Both the position numbers and the translations under genes were made by a program. DNA of 64,000 bases from an uncultured Nitrospiraceae bacterium. GTDB taxonomy: Bacteria; Nitrospirota; Thermodesulfovibrionia; Thermodesulfovibrionales; Dissulfurispiraceae. Location: assembly GCA_963705105.1 (NCBI GenBank), contig CAVPIW010000006.1:96001-160000 (forward strand), in the 5' to 3' direction. The notes under the pieces are model-generated. The model was not told the origin of the DNA and did no database searches. It worked only from the letters and a program-made list of their open reading frames with translations. Shown here one piece after another: positions 32,933 through 41,708 of the stretch (positions within the stretch are counted from its first letter, which is position 1; every line of letters starts with the position of its first letter).

Positions 32933-33648
32933 GCAGATACAAGGGGAGTACCAGCGGTTCAACCTCATCGAGAGGCTGCAGCACGGGATCTTGTTTGTGA
33001 CCTTCTCTGTTGCTTGCCTTCAGCGGGTGGGCCTTGAAATACCCGGAGATGGAGCAGTCGAGATGGTGGATCGGCATCTGGGGGGGACCGAAGAACGCCC
33101 ACACCATTCACGTTGTCTCGGGCGTCATCATGGTGAGCGACTTTGTGTGGCATGTGCTGTACATGGCCTACCGGATCCTGACGGGCAAGATGCGGTTTCA
33201 CCGGGACACCACCATTGTGCCTGTTCCCAAAGACCTGACCGACGCGGCACAGAACTTCAAGTACTTTTTGGGGCTGAGCAGGGAGAAGCCGCAATTCGGG
33301 CGGTTCACCTACGTCCACAAATTTGACTACTGGGCCGTGTTCTGGGGCATGGGCATCATCGGACTGTCGGGGCTGTTTCTGGCCTTTCCCGTGCAGGCCT
33401 CCCACCTGTTTCCGAAGTGGACATTGGAGTGGATCTGGGAAGTGCTGTTCATCATGCATGGAGACGAAGCGCTTCTGGCCATCGTGTTTATTTTCTTTTT
33501 TCACTTTTACAACGAACACCTGCGGTTTGAGAAATTTCCCATGAGCATGGCGTGGCTGACGGGGCGGATCAGCCTGCAGGAGATGAAACACGAGCATCCG
33601 TTGGAATACGAGATTGAATACGGCAAGAAAGAAGGGGGCAAGGAATGA
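32925..33648 (+). pseudogene. FdnI/CbcB-like b-type cytochrome, interrupted by a frameshift at ~33003-33010 (real or a sequencing error)
   Basis: MSEQ..RFNLIERLQHGILFVTF in one frame continues as LLAFSGWALKYP..IH..FGRFTYVHKFDYWAVFWG..HGDEA..H..HEHPLEY in the next frame. Confidence 0.8.
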
Positions 33649-34658
33649 AGGCGATCCGGGTGCTCCTTGCGGGACTGATGATCGTCATCACGGGCTGTGT
33701 CCCCGGAGCGGGGGACAAGGACAAGGACAAGAAAGCGGCGGCGCCCGTGGAGCGCATCATCAGCAAAGACGAAGCCGTCAGCGAACTGCCCTGCTTCAAA
33801 TGCCATGAATACAAGGACTACACAGCGGGAGCGGGCAAAGGGAGCTTCTCCCACACCATCCATGCAAAGACGGGGTATCACTGCAACCAGTGCCATGACC
33901 TCAAAGCCCACAAACTCAGTGCGGACATCCACGGCGTCTGCGGGAAATGCCACACACTGCAGGGCCTGACATTCCAGCGGAGCTCATTGCCGTCTGCCTT
34001 CAACCATGAGGCCCATGCCAAGAGGCAGAGGTGCCGGGAATGCCACCCGAAGATCTTCCCCATGAAGGCGGGCAGCAGCGTCATCACCATGGAGGAGATG
34101 GACAAAGGGAAGAACTGCGGGCAGTGCCACAACGGCAGGAAGGCCTTCGGGACGAAAGAGTGCGCCAAGTGCCATGACCTCAAGAGTGGGTACAGCAAGG
34201 ATGTGAAATACGCCGGAGGGGGAGCGGGAGCGGTGGTGTTCGGCCACACGTTTCACACGGCGGCCTTTGGGTGTGACCAGTGCCATCCGAAACTGTTTGC
34301 CATGAAGAAGAGCGGCAAGCTGAAGATGGAGCCCATGTACGGGGGCAAGAGCTGCGGGGCCTGTCATAACGGGCAGATGGCCTTTGCATCGACGGAGTGC
34401 GCCAAATGTCATGACCTGAAGGCGGGATTCGGCAAGGACGTGAAGTATGAGGGAGGGGGAGCGGGAGCGGTGGTGTTCAGCCACCAGTTCCACACGGCTG
34501 CCTTTGGATGTGGCGACTGTCATCCGAAGCTGTTTGCGTCAAAGAAGAGCGGCGCGCTGAAGATGGACCCGATGTATGAGGGCAAGAGCTGCGGGGCCTG
34601 CCACAACGGGCAGGTGGCATCGGCGGTGACGGACTGCGCGAAGTGCCATAAACAATAG
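33645..34658 (+). CDS. Dodecaheme c7-type cytochrome, predicted lipoprotein
   Basis: Lipobox ITGC; 12 CxxCH in four triheme repeats (F.H..H...CxxCHP..F...CGACHNG..AF...CAKCH). Confidence 0.85.
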   Translation: MKAIRVLLAGLMIVITGCVPGAGDKDKDKKAAAPVERIISKDEAVSELPCFKCHEYKDYTAGAGKGSFSHTIHAKTGYHCNQCHDLKAHKLSADIHGVCGKCHTLQGLTFQRSSLPSAFNHEAHAKRQRCRECHPKIFPMKAGSSVITMEEMDKGKNCGQCHNGRKAFGTKECAKCHDLKSGYSKDVKYAGGGAGAVVFGHTFHTAAFGCDQCHPKLFAMKKSGKLKMEPMYGGKSCGACHNGQMAFASTECAKCHDLKAGFGKDVKYEGGGAGAVVFSHQFHTAAFGCGDCHPKLFASKKSGALKMDPMYEGKSCGACHNGQVASAVTDCAKCHKQ

Positions 34659-34748
34659 GCAATAAACAATAGACAGTAGACAGGAATAACAGACAAGACT
34701 CGGGACGAACAACAGACAGTCACGAGTGCTCAGGACGCAGGACTCAGA

Positions 34749-34778
34749 GGGGGTCCGGCAAACGCCGGACCCCCCTTT
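34749..34778 (+). terminator. Rho-independent terminator
   Basis: GGGGGTCCGGC-AAAC-GCCGGACCCCC followed by TTT. Confidence 0.7.
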
Positions 34779-34826
34779 CGTCTTTCGGCGCTTCGCCCCG
34801 CCTTTTCTGAAACGTCATCTCTCGGA

Positions 34827-35366
34827 CTAAAAGTCCGCTCCCGCATCTTTCTCTTTTGTCTTTCCTCCGTCTTTTTCCGCTTCAGCGGCGATCTCGATTG
34901 AGGATAGCCAGAGTTCGCAGGTATCCGTCACCCTGTTGTACTGGAGGACCATGCTGCTCCGGTAACCCTCCCAGGTGTAATACTCCTTGTAGGGGTTCGG
35001 CTGGTCGCCCTCACCGAAACGGTCGAAGACGGCCTCCCTCAGTCCGAGCCAGTTCCTGTTTCCTGTGGCTGTGACGACGGCCCCCATGAACCTGCCCCTC
35101 CAGAAGAGGTAGTGGACCGACGAGATTGTTGCTTCCCCCAGCTTCATTCGGTCCGCCTTCCTCGTGTACCGTTCCACGTTTTTCATGGCGGGATCGGCAG
35201 GCGCGGGCACCATGTCCTTCAGGTCCTTCAGCGCAGCGCCCCACTTGATGCCCCTGAATCCGTCGGGCTCGGCGTCGGGTTTAAAAGTGTAGACCGCATA
35301 AGCCGGGCCGGACACCAGGCAGAGCAGAAGAGAAGCACAGCATAAAAAAATCGCAACCTGTCGCAT
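34827..35366 (-). CDS. Hypothetical exported protein (EPDGFRGIKWG family)
   Basis: AAGGAGG RBS before the ATG at 35366; signal peptide ending PAYA. Confidence 0.7.
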   Translation of the reverse strand: MRQVAIFLCCASLLLCLVSGPAYAVYTFKPDAEPDGFRGIKWGAALKDLKDMVPAPADPAMKNVERYTRKADRMKLGEATISSVHYLFWRGRFMGAVVTATGNRNWLGLREAVFDRFGEGDQPNPYKEYYTWEGYRSSMVLQYNRVTDTCELWLSSIEIAAEAEKDGGKTKEKDAGADF

Positions 35367-35397
35367 GTATGTCCTCCTTAAAGTGCCGCTGTCAATG

Positions 35398-36780
35398 CTA
35401 TATCTCGAAGAGATCACCCTTTTCCGGCACATGGACGGTGAGATCGAAGGTCTCTCGCACCGTCTCCGCAAATCCAAGAGACACCTCATCTTCGCCGTGG
35501 ACGATGAAAACCTCCGGCTTGTTCCTGAATGCCCGAAGCCAGCCGAGGAGCTCCTTCCTGTCCGCGTGGGCCGAGAACCCGCCGATCGTGTAAACCGACG
35601 CATTGACCGCCACCTCTTCGCCGAAGATGCGTACCTCCCTGTCGCCGTCGATGATCTCCCTGCCCAGGGATCCCCTCGCCTGGAAACCGACGAAGACGAC
35701 GCAGCATTCCTTTCTCCAGAGATTATGCTTGAGGTGGTGACGGATCCTGCCGCCGTCGCACATGCCGCTTCCGGCAATGATGATCGCGCCGGAGCGAATC
35801 CTGTTTATCTTCTGCGACTCCTCGACGGAGCCCGTGAAATGGAGTCTCAGCGCCTCGGTCTTCCTCTCCCGGAAAAGCCGTCTCGCCTCCTCGTCATAGC
35901 ATTCCGGATGGGCCAGGTATATCTTCGTCGCCTCCTCAGCCAGAGGGCTGTCGACATAGACGTCGCAGCGGTGGAGCCTTCCCTCGCGGACGAGATTGTT
36001 GAGAATGTAAAGGAGATCCTGAGTCCGTCCGACGGCAAAGGCGGGAATAAGGACATTGCCGCCCCGCTTAAAAGTCGTCGCAATGGCGTCGACGAGTTCG
36101 TCGATGCTTTTTTCCTTGTTTTTGTGCTCCCTGTTGCCGTACGTAGACTCCATGACCACATAATCAGCTTCTTCGACCTGCTGGGGGTCGTTGATGATGG
36201 GATTCCCGCTCTTGCCGATGTCTCCGGAAAAGACGATCCTCTTTTCGACCGGACTGTCCTGATACCAGATTTCGAGACTTCCCGATCCGAGGATATGCCC
36301 CGCATCGACGAAGCGATACTTCACCCCGTTACCGAGATGATTGATGCTGCCATAGGCCTGACGGTCGATGAGAGGGAGAGCCGCCTTGACGTCTTCCGTC
36401 CTGTAGAGAGGCTCGTAGACGATGTCCCGTCCGGAACGGAATGACTTTTTGGTCAGCCATTCGGCGTCTTTTTCCTGGATCTCAGCCGAATCATAGAGCA
36501 TGATCTCGACGAGGTCCGCCGTTGCCGAGGTTGTCAGGATCTTCCCCCTGAAACCGTCCCGCACAAGCCGCGGGATCAGACCGGAGTGGTCGATGTGGGC
36601 ATGGGTGAGAAAGAGGATGTCGATCTGCCGGGGATCGAAGAGAAAGGCCGTTCTGTTTCTCTCGTCCATGTCCCTCCCCTGATGGAGGCCGCAGTCGACA
36701 AGGATTTCGAGATCGTTCACGGTCAGGCGGGTACACGAGCCTGTGACCGTCCTGACACCGCCGATAAATTGTATTCTCAT
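35398..36780 (-). CDS. MBL-fold beta-CASP ribonuclease
   Basis: THAHIDHSG, AGHILGS, ESTYG, FSAHAD. Confidence 0.9.
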   Translation of the reverse strand: MRIQFIGGVRTVTGSCTRLTVNDLEILVDCGLHQGRDMDERNRTAFLFDPRQIDILFLTHAHIDHSGLIPRLVRDGFRGKILTTSATADLVEIMLYDSAEIQEKDAEWLTKKSFRSGRDIVYEPLYRTEDVKAALPLIDRQAYGSINHLGNGVKYRFVDAGHILGSGSLEIWYQDSPVEKRIVFSGDIGKSGNPIINDPQQVEEADYVVMESTYGNREHKNKEKSIDELVDAIATTFKRGGNVLIPAFAVGRTQDLLYILNNLVREGRLHRCDVYVDSPLAEEATKIYLAHPECYDEEARRLFRERKTEALRLHFTGSVEESQKINRIRSGAIIIAGSGMCDGGRIRHHLKHNLWRKECCVVFVGFQARGSLGREIIDGDREVRIFGEEVAVNASVYTIGGFSAHADRKELLGWLRAFRNKPEVFIVHGEDEVSLGFAETVRETFDLTVHVPEKGDLFEI

Positions 36781-37691
36781 ACCGTCACTCCGTCTATCCT
36801 CGTCAGGCCCTGCCTGATTGCGAGGTTGATCGCCTCCCTGTACTCGGCGCCGGTGATCCGCCTGTCAAGGGGGGGATGGCCAAAGGCCTTGAAGCATGGA
36901 TGATACTGGTCCATGATATTGATATAGGTATCACGGGAAATCTCTTCCGCGATGAACCTGACGACCTCCGCCGTCCCGGCCCGTCCTGACGGCAGGACGA
37001 GGTGGCGGACGAGGAGTCCCCGGACGGCGACCCCGTATTCATCGTCAACGAGGTCCCCCACCTGCCTGTGCATTTCCCGGATCGCCTCCTTCGCCCGCTG
37101 AGGATAGTCCGGCACCTTCGAGTATTCCATGCCCACGGCAGGGTCGGCATATTTGAAATCCGGCATATAGATGTCGATGATCCCGTCAAGGATTGAGAGG
37201 GACTCCAGGGATTCATATCCGCCGCAGTTGTAGACGATCGGCACGTCCAGTCCCCCTTCCACGGCGAGCATGACGGCCCTGAGAATCATCGGCGTCTGGT
37301 GCGTCGGTGTCACGAGGTTAATGTTGTGACACCCCGACTCCTGGAGGTCAAGCATCACGTGGGCAAGCTTTTCCGGCGACATCTCCCTGCCGTCGCCGCG
37401 GTGGCTGATCGTCCAGTTCTGGCAGAAGATGCAGCCAAGATTGCAGTTGCCGAAAAAAATGGTCCCCGAGCCGCCCGCCCCGACGAGGGGTCGCTCCTCG
37501 CCCAGGTGGGGTCCCCAGCTCGAGACAAAAGGCATGTCTGCCGTCCTGCAGAAGCCCTTCTCCCCGGCAGTCCTGTCGACCCCACAATTCCGCGGGCAGA
37601 GCCTGCATTTTTTCAGGATATCCCAGGCCCTGGCGACCCTCTCACGGAGCTCCGATGGGGTCATTTTACGATAGGTCGGAACGAAGACCAC
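36777..37691 (-). CDS. pflX: Radical SAM protein, PflX family
   Basis: CRLCPRNC, CNLGCIFCQN, HNINLVTPTH, DIYMPDFKY. Confidence 0.85.
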   Translation of the reverse strand: MVFVPTYRKMTPSELRERVARAWDILKKCRLCPRNCGVDRTAGEKGFCRTADMPFVSSWGPHLGEERPLVGAGGSGTIFFGNCNLGCIFCQNWTISHRGDGREMSPEKLAHVMLDLQESGCHNINLVTPTHQTPMILRAVMLAVEGGLDVPIVYNCGGYESLESLSILDGIIDIYMPDFKYADPAVGMEYSKVPDYPQRAKEAIREMHRQVGDLVDDEYGVAVRGLLVRHLVLPSGRAGTAEVVRFIAEEISRDTYINIMDQYHPCFKAFGHPPLDRRITGAEYREAINLAIRQGLTRIDGVTV

Positions 37692-37719
37692 AACCGATCG
37701 CCTGCCGGAAAGAACCTGC

Positions 37720-38316
37720 CTAAGCAGTGATCTTGACGACTATCTCCTTCGCATGCCATGCCACGGTCTTGATGGCATCAAGAATGTTCAGGTACAACGT
37801 GGACGCCACGGGCTGGCAGAGCCCCTCGATGAGCCGGTCTTCATGAAGAGTGGCATATTCATTCGCCCTCCTGACGACGCCGGTCTCGGACTCCTCGACG
37901 TATCTGCTCAGGATCTTGTTTCTGGCGAGCATGATGTCCGATGTGGGCTTGATGATGTCCACGAGGCGTTGCAGAAGAAAGGTCACCTCCGTCACGGCCT
38001 TGTCGCTGAAGAGTATCCTGTCATTGATTTTCTTCTCGATCTGTTCGGACAACTTGCCGAGACTTTCCGCTATCCTGACGAGATGGGCGGGCGCGGAGAT
38101 GTAAGCCTTCGCGTCGGGGCTTTCCTTGACCAGATCGACGAGTTTTTTCGTGAGTTCAGCCTCCTTTGCCCTGATGTTCGCGATCTTCGCGTTGCAGTCC
38201 CCGAGCGGTTTGGGAGAATTATAAATAAAGGCGTTCTGGAGAGAGGAGATGCAGGTTTCAACGTCCTTTCCCAATTCGTACATCGTGGAAACGATCTCTT
38301 TCATGTCTTCCTTCAT
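37720..38316 (-). CDS. PhoU-like helical domain protein
   Basis: ILFSDKAVTE, HEDRLIEGLC..AS..YL resemble the PhoU-like C-terminal domain of Na/Pi cotransporters. Confidence 0.65.
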   Translation of the reverse strand: MKEDMKEIVSTMYELGKDVETCISSLQNAFIYNSPKPLGDCNAKIANIRAKEAELTKKLVDLVKESPDAKAYISAPAHLVRIAESLGKLSEQIEKKINDRILFSDKAVTEVTFLLQRLVDIIKPTSDIMLARNKILSRYVEESETGVVRRANEYATLHEDRLIEGLCQPVASTLYLNILDAIKTVAWHAKEIVVKITA

Positions 38317-38367
38317 GGTATTTGATCCTCCTTTATTTAGAGTCTGTCCCTAAAGTAACCTTCATCT

Positions 38368-38447
38368 GTCATTCCCGCAACCCCGCACTTGATGCGGGGG
38401 CATCGGGAATCCTTCTGAAAGAACGATTCCGGACAAGACATAATGAC
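38368..38447. repeat. REP-like palindromic unit, copy 3
   Basis: Near-identical to 5436-5515. Confidence 0.8.
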
Positions 38448-38676
38448 ATACAAACTGCAACTTCGTGAGTTTATAAACAGACGCCGTGTAATGTGTCTTG
38501 GAATGCATCCGACGGCTGATGAGGTAACATAATGTATAATTCAACTATATCAGATTGCCCTCCGATCTGCAAGAATGCATTTTAGTGCTTCATTCACGTA
38601 TCGATTTTCCTTTTTATGCTATAATTTTACGCTGTGCCTCTCATCGGAACCCTGATTTTACGACAAGGAGGGCGGG

Positions 38677-38973
38677 ATGCCGAAAGTCTCCGTTGAAAAA
38701 CTCGAACCGGGAATGACGTTGTCCCGTCCCGTCAAGAATGAGGCAGGCATGATTCTCATCGGCGAGGGGACGGTTATGTCGGACCAGTTGATCGAAAAGC
38801 TGAAGCGCATGGGCATATCAAGCGTCTTCGTCGAGGGAGCGTCCAGGCCGGAAAAACCGAAAGAGGAGATGATCAGGGAACTCAATGAGCGGTTCAAGAA
38901 GACGGAGCGGGAGCCGCAGATGTCTCTCCTGAAGCGTCTTTTCAGGGAACACATCGAGGCACTGTACACCTGA
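38677..38973 (+). CDS. Small hypothetical protein resembling the N-terminal domain of HD-GYP proteins
   Basis: LEPGMTLSRPV...G.ILI..G......I..L...GI pattern; RBS present. Confidence 0.65.
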   Translation: MPKVSVEKLEPGMTLSRPVKNEAGMILIGEGTVMSDQLIEKLKRMGISSVFVEGASRPEKPKEEMIRELNERFKKTEREPQMSLLKRLFREHIEALYT

Positions 38974-39809
38974 TGGATGCGCGCACCCTCCGGAGCCAGA
39001 TCGAGCGGATCGACACCCTGCCGACGATTCCGAACATCCTGAAGAAACTCTTTGAGGTCATCGAAAACCCGAAGACGTCACTCAATGAAATCGGGAACTT
39101 CATCCTGAAGGACCCGGTCCTCACGTCGCGGGTCCTCAAGATGGTCAACTCCCCGATCTACGGCTTCCCCGGTCGGATATCGTCCATCAGCCAGGCCCTC
39201 ATCCTCCTCGGGCTGAACGTCGTCAAGGGGATGCTACTCGGCGTCTCCGTCTTCGACGTCATGCAGAAATCGATGCTTGGCCTCTGGGAGCACTCCGTTG
39301 GCTGTGCCGTCACCTCCCGGATCCTCTCGAAGGTAAAGGGGCTTGACGATATCGAGGACATTTCGGTGGCGGCACTCCTCCACGATATCGGCAAGGTCAT
39401 CCTGAGCCTCAAGTTTCCCAACGAGTATCAGAAGATCGTCAGGGAGACGGAGTTGAAAGAGGAGTTCATCATCGAGGCGGAGCGCCGCTTTTTCGGCATC
39501 ACCCATGCCGATGTCGGCGGCTGGGTCGCTCAGCGCTGGAACTTTCCGAAAAACCTCGTCGAGGCGATCGAGTATCACCACAAACCGAATCTCTCCAAGA
39601 ACGTGCCCGTCCATACGGCGATCGTGCATCTTTCGGACATCTTCATCAAGGCCAGGGGATTCGGTTATGCCGGGGACAATTTCATACCCGCAGTCAACAG
39701 CGAGGCCTGGAAGATCGCGGGGCTCACCGAGAAGGACATCAGGGCGACTCTTGAAGAAATGGAGGAGATCCTCGGAGAAGCACAGGATTTTCTCTTCGTT
39801 GACGTTTAG
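38973..39809 (+). CDS. HDOD domain signalling protein
   Basis: LPTIP, DPVLTSRVLKMVNS, WEHS, LLHDIGK, YHH. Confidence 0.9.
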   Translation: MDARTLRSQIERIDTLPTIPNILKKLFEVIENPKTSLNEIGNFILKDPVLTSRVLKMVNSPIYGFPGRISSISQALILLGLNVVKGMLLGVSVFDVMQKSMLGLWEHSVGCAVTSRILSKVKGLDDIEDISVAALLHDIGKVILSLKFPNEYQKIVRETELKEEFIIEAERRFFGITHADVGGWVAQRWNFPKNLVEAIEYHHKPNLSKNVPVHTAIVHLSDIFIKARGFGYAGDNFIPAVNSEAWKIAGLTEKDIRATLEEMEEILGEAQDFLFVDV

Positions 39810-39818
39810 TCACGGGCC

Positions 39819-40736
39819 ATGCGATCGGTCTTCGTCATTTCGAAGGACATTGTCAGCGCCAGCATCGTTGAACGCAGCCTGAAGGAAGAACATGACGTCA
39901 CGCTCTTTGCCACGATCCAGTCATCCCTCGAACATTTGTACAACACCATTCCCGATCTTCTTGTCATCGACATCACGGACAACGAACCCCGCACTGTCGA
40001 TCTGCTGAACAAGCTCAAGGGTGACCCCCTCTTCAATCAGTTTCCTGTTCTCGTGATCGTGAAGGACGACCTTTCCACCTGTGACTGGAACCGTCTTGCC
40101 GTTGAAGACTACATCCGTGAATCCTGCATCGAGGCGGAACTGAAGACGAGGGTGAGTCTCTGCCTCGCACGGGCGGAACGGGTTGTCGAGGTGAGTCCGC
40201 TGACGAAGCTGCCCGGCAATATCGCCATTACGAAACAGATCCAGGCGCGCATCGACAGCGGCAATCCCTTCGCACTCGCCTATGCGGACATCGATTATTT
40301 CAAGCCCTTCAATGACCGCTACGGCTTCAGCAGGGGCGACGAGATCATCAAGATGGTAGGCCGTCTGATTCTGAATGCCGTGAAGGATAAAGAGCCGGAC
40401 ACGAGCTTTGTGGGCCACATCGGCGGTGACGACTTCGTTTTCATCATCGGCTATGACCTTGCGGAGGAAGCGTCACAGACGGTTATCAACTATTTCGACC
40501 GCCTGGTTCCCACATTTTATGACCCTGAGGACCGTGCGCGGGGGCACGTCGAGTCGGTCGACCGGGAAGGCAACAGAAAAACCTACCCGATCATGAGCCT
40601 GTCCATCGGCGTCGCCCACAACCGGTTCAGAAAATTCACCCATTACGGCCAGGTCGCTGAAATCGCCTCGGAGATGAAGAAATTCGCAAAACGGACGCCG
40701 GCAAGCTGCTTCAGGATCGACCGGCGGAAACGCTGA
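39819..40736 (+). CDS. Diguanylate cyclase-like protein with a degenerate receiver domain
   Basis: PLTKLPGN, DIDYFKPFNDRYG, GHIGGDDF. Confidence 0.85.
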   Translation: MRSVFVISKDIVSASIVERSLKEEHDVTLFATIQSSLEHLYNTIPDLLVIDITDNEPRTVDLLNKLKGDPLFNQFPVLVIVKDDLSTCDWNRLAVEDYIRESCIEAELKTRVSLCLARAERVVEVSPLTKLPGNIAITKQIQARIDSGNPFALAYADIDYFKPFNDRYGFSRGDEIIKMVGRLILNAVKDKEPDTSFVGHIGGDDFVFIIGYDLAEEASQTVINYFDRLVPTFYDPEDRARGHVESVDREGNRKTYPIMSLSIGVAHNRFRKFTHYGQVAEIASEMKKFAKRTPASCFRIDRRKR

Positions 40737-40769
40737 AGGGCGGCGCCGGACCGGGACACCCCGGGCGGG

Positions 40770-41045
40770 TCACTCAAACAGCCCGAGAATCGTGTCCGCC
40801 TTGTCCTCGATGTTCCTGATGCCCTGCGTGATCGCCGAATATTCCCGCTTCAGCTGGTGGAGCTCCTCGGCGATGCTGAGCGAGGCCAGGATGGCGGCCT
40901 TCATGGGCGTGATGGTCGGAGACCGGTGGTAGACCTCCTTCAGCTTCTCATTGACGAAATCGGCCATTTCCTTGATATGAGCGGGGTCGGCGTCGCCCTT
41001 TATGATATACTTCTGACCCAGTATGACGAACTCGATGCTTCCCAT
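40770..41045 (-). CDS. zapA: Cell division protein ZapA
   Basis: ILGQKY..., AAILASLSIAEEL, C-terminal coiled coil. Confidence 0.85.
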   Translation of the reverse strand: MGSIEFVILGQKYIIKGDADPAHIKEMADFVNEKLKEVYHRSPTITPMKAAILASLSIAEELHQLKREYSAITQGIRNIEDKADTILGLFE

Positions 41046-41051
41046 CGCGCC

Positions 41052-41273
41052 TCATTTCAATTCGATCGTCTCGAGCTCCTTGAGAAGGTCTTCGATCTGG
41101 TCCCGTATTGAGCCCCGTTCCGCCACGAGACGCTCCATTTCCTGGTCCTTGAGCCGCAGGCTGTTTTCGAGATCGGCGATCTCCTTCATGAGGTTGTTGT
41201 TCTCTTCTTTCAGCGCCTTGATTTTGTCGATGGCGTGGGCGATTTTCTGTTCAAAGGTCTTCAAAGCCTCCAC
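41052..41273 (-). CDS. zapB: ZapB-like coiled-coil protein
   Basis: AAGGAGG RBS before the GTG at 41273; all coiled coil; directly upstream of zapA. Confidence 0.7.
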   Translation of the reverse strand: MEALKTFEQKIAHAIDKIKALKEENNNLMKEIADLENSLRLKDQEMERLVAERGSIRDQIEDLLKELETIELK

Positions 41274-41328
41274 TGTATCCTCCTTATAAAAAGTAAAACA
41301 TATTACCTGAATCGTCCGAAAAAATAAA

Positions 41329-41663
41329 CCTTCCAGTTGCATGAAAAGGCGGGGCGAAGCGCCTCAAAGCCTTCTCATGGCGACACTGCCTCCGGAAAGG
41401 CAGATATGGGTCAAAGCCTTTCCAATGCGGTGATGAGACTTCTCCAGGTGTTCCGCGCCTGTTGCCTGACGGGCTTTTGTCATCGGTCGACACGGCAAAG
41501 GGGGGTCTGGGGATAAATAAGGTATCTTAGAGGAAAGGCTTTTCACCACATCAGCCTTCCCGTCGGTGCGTTTGTCGTCCCGTATCTGCCTTTGCCTGCT
41601 GTCTACTGTTTATAATCGGCGCATACGCCTCGCCTTTCCCGGGAGTGTGTTGCAACGATAAGG
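41329..41663 (-). repeat. Inverted-arm element, copy 7 (expanded type B interior, 335 bp)
   Basis: Starts CCTTCCAGTTGCATGAAAAGGCGGGGCGAAGCGCCTCAAAGCCTT and ends GCCTTTCCCGGGAGTGTGTTGCAACGATAAGG. Confidence 0.85.
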
Positions 41664-41708
41664 TAAACCTCATGACGACACTGACACTGACACTGACACC
41701 TTTCTATT

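Noticed and set aside
40737..40770. 6S RNA, often found downstream of zapA
   Set aside because: Only about 33 nt separate zapA from the convergent GGDEF gene, too little room
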